This document shows positions 60,474 to 64,000 of a stretch of DNA of 64,000 nucleotides, piece after piece (positions within the stretch are counted from its first letter, which is position 1; the number at the start of each line of letters is the position of its first letter). The notes beneath the pieces are model-generated. The model was given only the letters and a program-made list of their open reading frames with translations. It was not told the DNA's origin and did not search any database. Made by a program: the position numbers and the translations under genes. The DNA is from Candidatus Eiseniibacteriota bacterium (GTDB lineage Bacteria; Eisenbacteria; RBG-16-71-46; JABDJR01). The stretch is taken from contig CAVXKA010000002.1 in the NCBI GenBank assembly GCA_963762255.1, positions 224,001 to 288,000 of the forward strand, written 5' to 3'.

Positions 60474-61813
60474 GGTGTCCCCACGGCGAGCGCGTGCGGC
60501 TCGGAGAACTCGTCATCCTCGGTCCGCTCGGGTTCGCCGAGAATCGGGCTCCAGCTCGCGACCACCTCGGCGCGAAGCTCGCGCGCGAGGTCGGCGGGAG
60601 CGAGGTCGTCGATGAACACGCCGTCCTCGTTGACCGACTCGTCGGGCACGAGGACGAGATCGCCCGGCGCGACGCGGGCGCGCGCCGCATCGAGGAGATC
60701 GCGCCCGCCGAGAAGCCCGGCAACCGTCGTCGGGCGGCCGAAGAGGCGGTTCTCCACCGTGACCATCTCCAGCGCGATCTCGGGGAGGCGCGAGCGGAGC
60801 GCGGGGAGCAACTCGGAGAGCACCGGCGCGAAGCTCTCCCCGGTGAGGATCCATGCGCGTCGCACGCCGCGAGCATGAAGCTCCGCTCCGCGCGGGACGG
60901 CGCCGGCGAAGAGATCCATCACACCGCGCACCAGCCCCACGCCGTTCTCGCGCTGTGGATAGCCCTCGTAGTAGGGCGCGGCCGGGATCGGTTTCCCCGC
61001 GTGGATGAGAAGCTCGTCCGAGACGAAACAGAACGTGGTGCCGACGCGGCGGTGCATGGCGCGACCGTAGCGACGCACGTCCGCGCAGAGGGTGCGCGCT
61101 TCCGCGCGGGTGAAGGTGCGCATCGCGGGGAGATCCTTGCGATGCGCGGTGAGACCGACCGGCACCACAGCCACGCTCGCCACCCCGGGGTGATAATCGG
61201 CGAGGCCATAGATCGTCTCGCGCAGCACTTCGCCGTCGTTGATGCCCGGCACCGCCACGATCTGCGTGTGCAGCGTGATGCCCCCCGCGACGAGCTGCTC
61301 GATGCGGGCACGAATCTCCCCCGCCCGCTCGCTGACCAGGAGGCGGTTGCGGACCTCGGGGTCGAGCGCGTGCACCGACACGTAGAGCGGCGTGAGTTCC
61401 TGCTCGATGATGCGGGTGAACTCGTCTTCGCGCAGGTTGGTCAGCGTGACGAAGTGGCCGTAGAGGTAGGAGTACCGGTAATCGTCATCGCGGTAGTACA
61501 GGCCCTGGCGGAGCCCCTCGGGGAGCTGATCCACGAAGCAGAATGGGCAGTCGTTGGCGCAATGGCGGATTCCGGGGTCGCGGAACTTGAGACCCAGCGG
61601 CCGGCCGTATTCGCGGACGATGCGGATCGACCGCTCCCTGCGCGGAACGGCTCCCGGCTCGGCCACATCGAGGTCGAGGATCTCGTCGCCCAGCCACAGG
61701 TGCAGATCGAGAAAGTCGCGGACCTTCTGGCCGTTGATCGCGACGACGCGCAGGCCGGGGGTCAGACCCGCTTCCGCGGCCAGGGAATCGGGCAGGACGC
61801 TGACGATCTCCAC
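60470..61813 (-). CDS. PDZ + radical-SAM-like DUF512 protein
   Basis: CANDCPFC, DQLP..R, DDDYR, SVH, PVGLT, ENGVG, VAGLL; usual position upstream of der. Confidence 0.88.
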   Translation of the reverse strand: MEIVSVLPDSLAAEAGLTPGLRVVAINGQKVRDFLDLHLWLGDEILDLDVAEPGAVPRRERSIRIVREYGRPLGLKFRDPGIRHCANDCPFCFVDQLPEGLRQGLYYRDDDYRYSYLYGHFVTLTNLREDEFTRIIEQELTPLYVSVHALDPEVRNRLLVSERAGEIRARIEQLVAGGITLHTQIVAVPGINDGEVLRETIYGLADYHPGVASVAVVPVGLTAHRKDLPAMRTFTRAEARTLCADVRRYGRAMHRRVGTTFCFVSDELLIHAGKPIPAAPYYEGYPQRENGVGLVRGVMDLFAGAVPRGAELHARGVRRAWILTGESFAPVLSELLPALRSRLPEIALEMVTVENRLFGRPTTVAGLLGGRDLLDAARARVAPGDLVLVPDESVNEDGVFIDDLAPADLARELRAEVVASWSPILGEPERTEDDEFSEPHALAVGTP

Positions 61814-61942
61814 GATTGAACTCCGGCGCGAGGCGGGGCAGGACCCCCTTCGCACGTCACGTGATCCGAACCAAATAAGTTCAAGCAGTTAAAAAGATTA
61901 CACGCTGCTTGTCAACGGGTTTCTTGGGTCCGCGACACAGGA

Positions 61943-62018
61943 TGGAGCGGGCGACGGGAGTCGAACCCGCGACATTCAGCTTGGGAAGCTGACACTCTAC
62001 CAACTGAGTTACGCCCGC
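61943..62018 (-). tRNA. tRNA-Gly(CCC)
   Basis: GCGGGCGTAACTCAGTTGGTAGAG...TCAGC-TT-CCC-AA-GCTGA...CCA. Confidence 0.95.
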
Positions 62019-62092
62019 TCCGAAATGGCAGGCGGAGATTGAACCCGAATCGGGGTCGGGGTGTCAAGGCGGGTACGGATGCCGGCCGGCAC

Positions 62093-63013
62093 CTATCGAA
62101 GCGGGAGCTCCCTGCTCACCCGGGTGATCACGCTCGCTTCAGGTTCATCGGCGGCCACGCGTACCCACGTCGCTCCCTCGATGCCACGAAACCACGTCCG
62201 CTGCCGCTTCGCGTAGCGGCGCGTGTTCACCGCGATCGCCTCGATCCACGTCGCGCGGTCGAGATCGCCGTTCAGGAACCGGATCGTCTCCGCATAGCCG
62301 ACGCTGCGCAGCGCCGAGGTGCGCGGATCCAACCCGCGGGCAAGGAGCGCGCGCACCTCGTCCACGAGCCCCGCATCGATCATGGACGCGACCCGCGCCC
62401 GGATGCGCGCCTCGAGATCCTCGCGCTCGCGATCCAGCACGACGATCCGTGCGGGGGTCTCCGTTCGACGCCCCTTGGTCCGCAGCGCGCTCACCGGACG
62501 CCCCGTCAACGCGATCGTCTCGAGCGCCCGCGTCACCCGCTGCGCATCACGAGGCGAGGTCTTCGCGCCGGTCTCGGGGTCCAGTTGCGCGAGCTCCGCG
62601 TGAAGCGCCTCGATCCCCTCCGCCCGCGCGCGCGCGCGGAGTGCGTCCCGAACCGCCGCGTCGCGCGGCAGTCCTTCGTCGAGCCCGCCGAGGGTCGCGC
62701 GCAGGTAGAGACCGGAGCCCCCGACGAGGAGCGATTCACGTCCCTTCGTGCGAATCGCCTCGATCGCCGTCCGCGCGCGACGCCCGAACTCCCCCGCGCT
62801 CACCGCGTCCTCGGGTTCCACCTCCGCCACGAGATGATGCGGCACCCGAGCGCGTTCCTCGCGCGTGGGCGCCGCGCTCCCGATCTCCATGCCGCGGTAG
62901 ATCTGGCGCGAGTCGATGCAGACGATCTCGGCGTTCAGAGCTTCCGCCAGCGCGAGGCTCAGCGAGGTCTTCCCCACCGCGGTGGGGCCGAGGAGGACGG
63001 GAATCGGATTCAT
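62093..63013 (-). CDS. miaA: tRNA dimethylallyltransferase
   Basis: GPTAVGKT, DSRQIYRGMEIGSA, GGSGLY, RALE, TRRYAKRQ-x-TW; ATG 63013. Confidence 0.95.
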   Translation of the reverse strand: MNPIPVLLGPTAVGKTSLSLALAEALNAEIVCIDSRQIYRGMEIGSAAPTREERARVPHHLVAEVEPEDAVSAGEFGRRARTAIEAIRTKGRESLLVGGSGLYLRATLGGLDEGLPRDAAVRDALRARARAEGIEALHAELAQLDPETGAKTSPRDAQRVTRALETIALTGRPVSALRTKGRRTETPARIVVLDREREDLEARIRARVASMIDAGLVDEVRALLARGLDPRTSALRSVGYAETIRFLNGDLDRATWIEAIAVNTRRYAKRQRTWFRGIEGATWVRVAADEPEASVITRVSRELPLR

Positions 63014-63093
63014 GTCGCGGCTAACGTACTGAAGCCGCCGATTCGGCGCAACCGCTGATGCACCGACCGACCGGGTCGCGCCGATCTCGACCG

Positions 63094-63708
63094 CTACGGC
63101 AGGAACTGCGTCTTCACCCGGCCCCAACTCACCGCGCGCGCGGGCACATCCTGCCTCAGCCCCGTGCGGAACCAGAGGTCGGAGCCCGGGCGCGGCTCGC
63201 CGCTCACGATGTACGTCCCGGCGGGATACCCGGGGTCCGGAGCGGCGGCGAGCTGCGGGTTCCCCACGCCGGGCACATCCACGACCACCGCTTCGACGAC
63301 GTAGGTGCTGCCGGGGGTCAACGCCACCGGTGCGGCGAATTCGAACCGCGTGGGGCCGTCGTGCTCGTCCAGAACGGTGACCAGGCTGCTCGTGCCGAGG
63401 ATGGGACCCCCGATTGATCCCTCGCGGATGCGCGCGAACACGTCCGTCGGAGGTTCCGTCCCGGTCACGCCGTGGCTGATCCACAGCTCGACCACGTCCA
63501 TGGCCGGCTGCTGCGGTACGAACTCCTGCCCCGCCGGACCAAGCAGCCGGATGCTGAACCAGGTCCAGAGCTCGTCCGGAACGTGGCTCTGATCGACGGT
63601 GTAATCCGGATCCGCCGCGGCGGCCACCGCCGGGACGAGTATCAGCAGGAGAAGGCACGCTGGCACGCACGACTTCCGCGAGAGGACGGCACGCAAGTGT
63701 CTGATCAT
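63094..63708 (-). CDS. Secreted beta-rich protein with C-terminal SWGRVKTQF motif
   Basis: AGGAG RBS, signal peptide ..CLLLLILVPAVAAA, LTPGSTY; ends VPARAVSWGRVKTQFLP. Confidence 0.75.
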   Translation of the reverse strand: MIRHLRAVLSRKSCVPACLLLLILVPAVAAAADPDYTVDQSHVPDELWTWFSIRLLGPAGQEFVPQQPAMDVVELWISHGVTGTEPPTDVFARIREGSIGGPILGTSSLVTVLDEHDGPTRFEFAAPVALTPGSTYVVEAVVVDVPGVGNPQLAAAPDPGYPAGTYIVSGEPRPGSDLWFRTGLRQDVPARAVSWGRVKTQFLP

Positions 63709-63757
63709 GGTCTCAGGTCTCCTTGTGGCATGAGTGTTTTCGAACGGAAACGGTGAT

Positions 63758-64000
63758 TCAGCCCGATCGTCCGAACCGGCGGTGCAGCTCGGCGAGGTCC
63801 ATCCGGAGGAACACCGGGCGTCCGTGCGGGTCGCCCTGCGGCAATCTCGTCGCGAAGAGCTGATCCACGAGCGCGTTCATCTCGGCCAGCGAGAGCTTCT
63901 GTCCCGCCTTCACCGCGCCCTGGCAGGCCACCGCCCGCGCCACACGCTCGTTCACGTCCATCGCGGTGGGGAGATCGTCGAGGTGATCGAGCACGTCGTG
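63758..64000 (-). CDS. mutL: DNA mismatch repair protein MutL, 3' part
   Basis: ACQGAVKAG..L..EM..PHGRP..L-x-x-x-F-x-R C-terminal motifs; upstream of miaA. Confidence 0.9.
   Translation of the reverse strand, partial: HDVLDHLDDLPTAMDVNERVARAVACQGAVKAGQKLSLAEMNALVDQLFATRLPQGDPHGRPVFLRMDLAELHRRFGRSG

Overview
High-GC bacterial chromosome segment, almost entirely coded on the minus strand. It is mostly core genes: trpG-D-C, recN, nadK, ispA, xseAB, folD, ymdB, 6S RNA, zapA, pheST, rplT-rpmI-infC-thrS with an L20-type leader, apt, a sigma70 factor, pcm, surE, gpsA, plsY, der, miaA and the 3' end of mutL, plus six tRNAs. Accessory content: (1) a nucleotide-sugar operon at the left end; (2) a translationally coupled trio of a VTE5/FOLK-like prenol kinase, a farnesol-dehydrogenase-like SDR and a VTE6/DUF92 protein, which reads as a bacterial isoprenoid-alcohol salvage operon; (3) a decayed island at the 3' end of tRNA-Arg(CCT) (about 29.1-37.5 kb) with a split DUF1156 methylase, a duplicated DUF1156 5' end, IS3 and IS21 remnants, prophage remnants and two intact glyco-cargo genes; (4) a surface-glycan locus (asnB, flippase, GT4, two convergent GT-C-like membrane proteins, gmd, fcl, GT2). 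Two unrelated secreted proteins share a short C-terminal motif VPA-x3-[ST][WF]G-x-[IV]K-x2-[YF], a candidate sorting signal, and a third has a T9SS-like C-terminal domain. By inference only, this suggests an FCB-related candidate lineage (Eisenbacteria/Latescibacterota-like). Four single-base frameshifts in otherwise intact genes may be assembly errors. All family calls come from motif recognition; no database searches were run.
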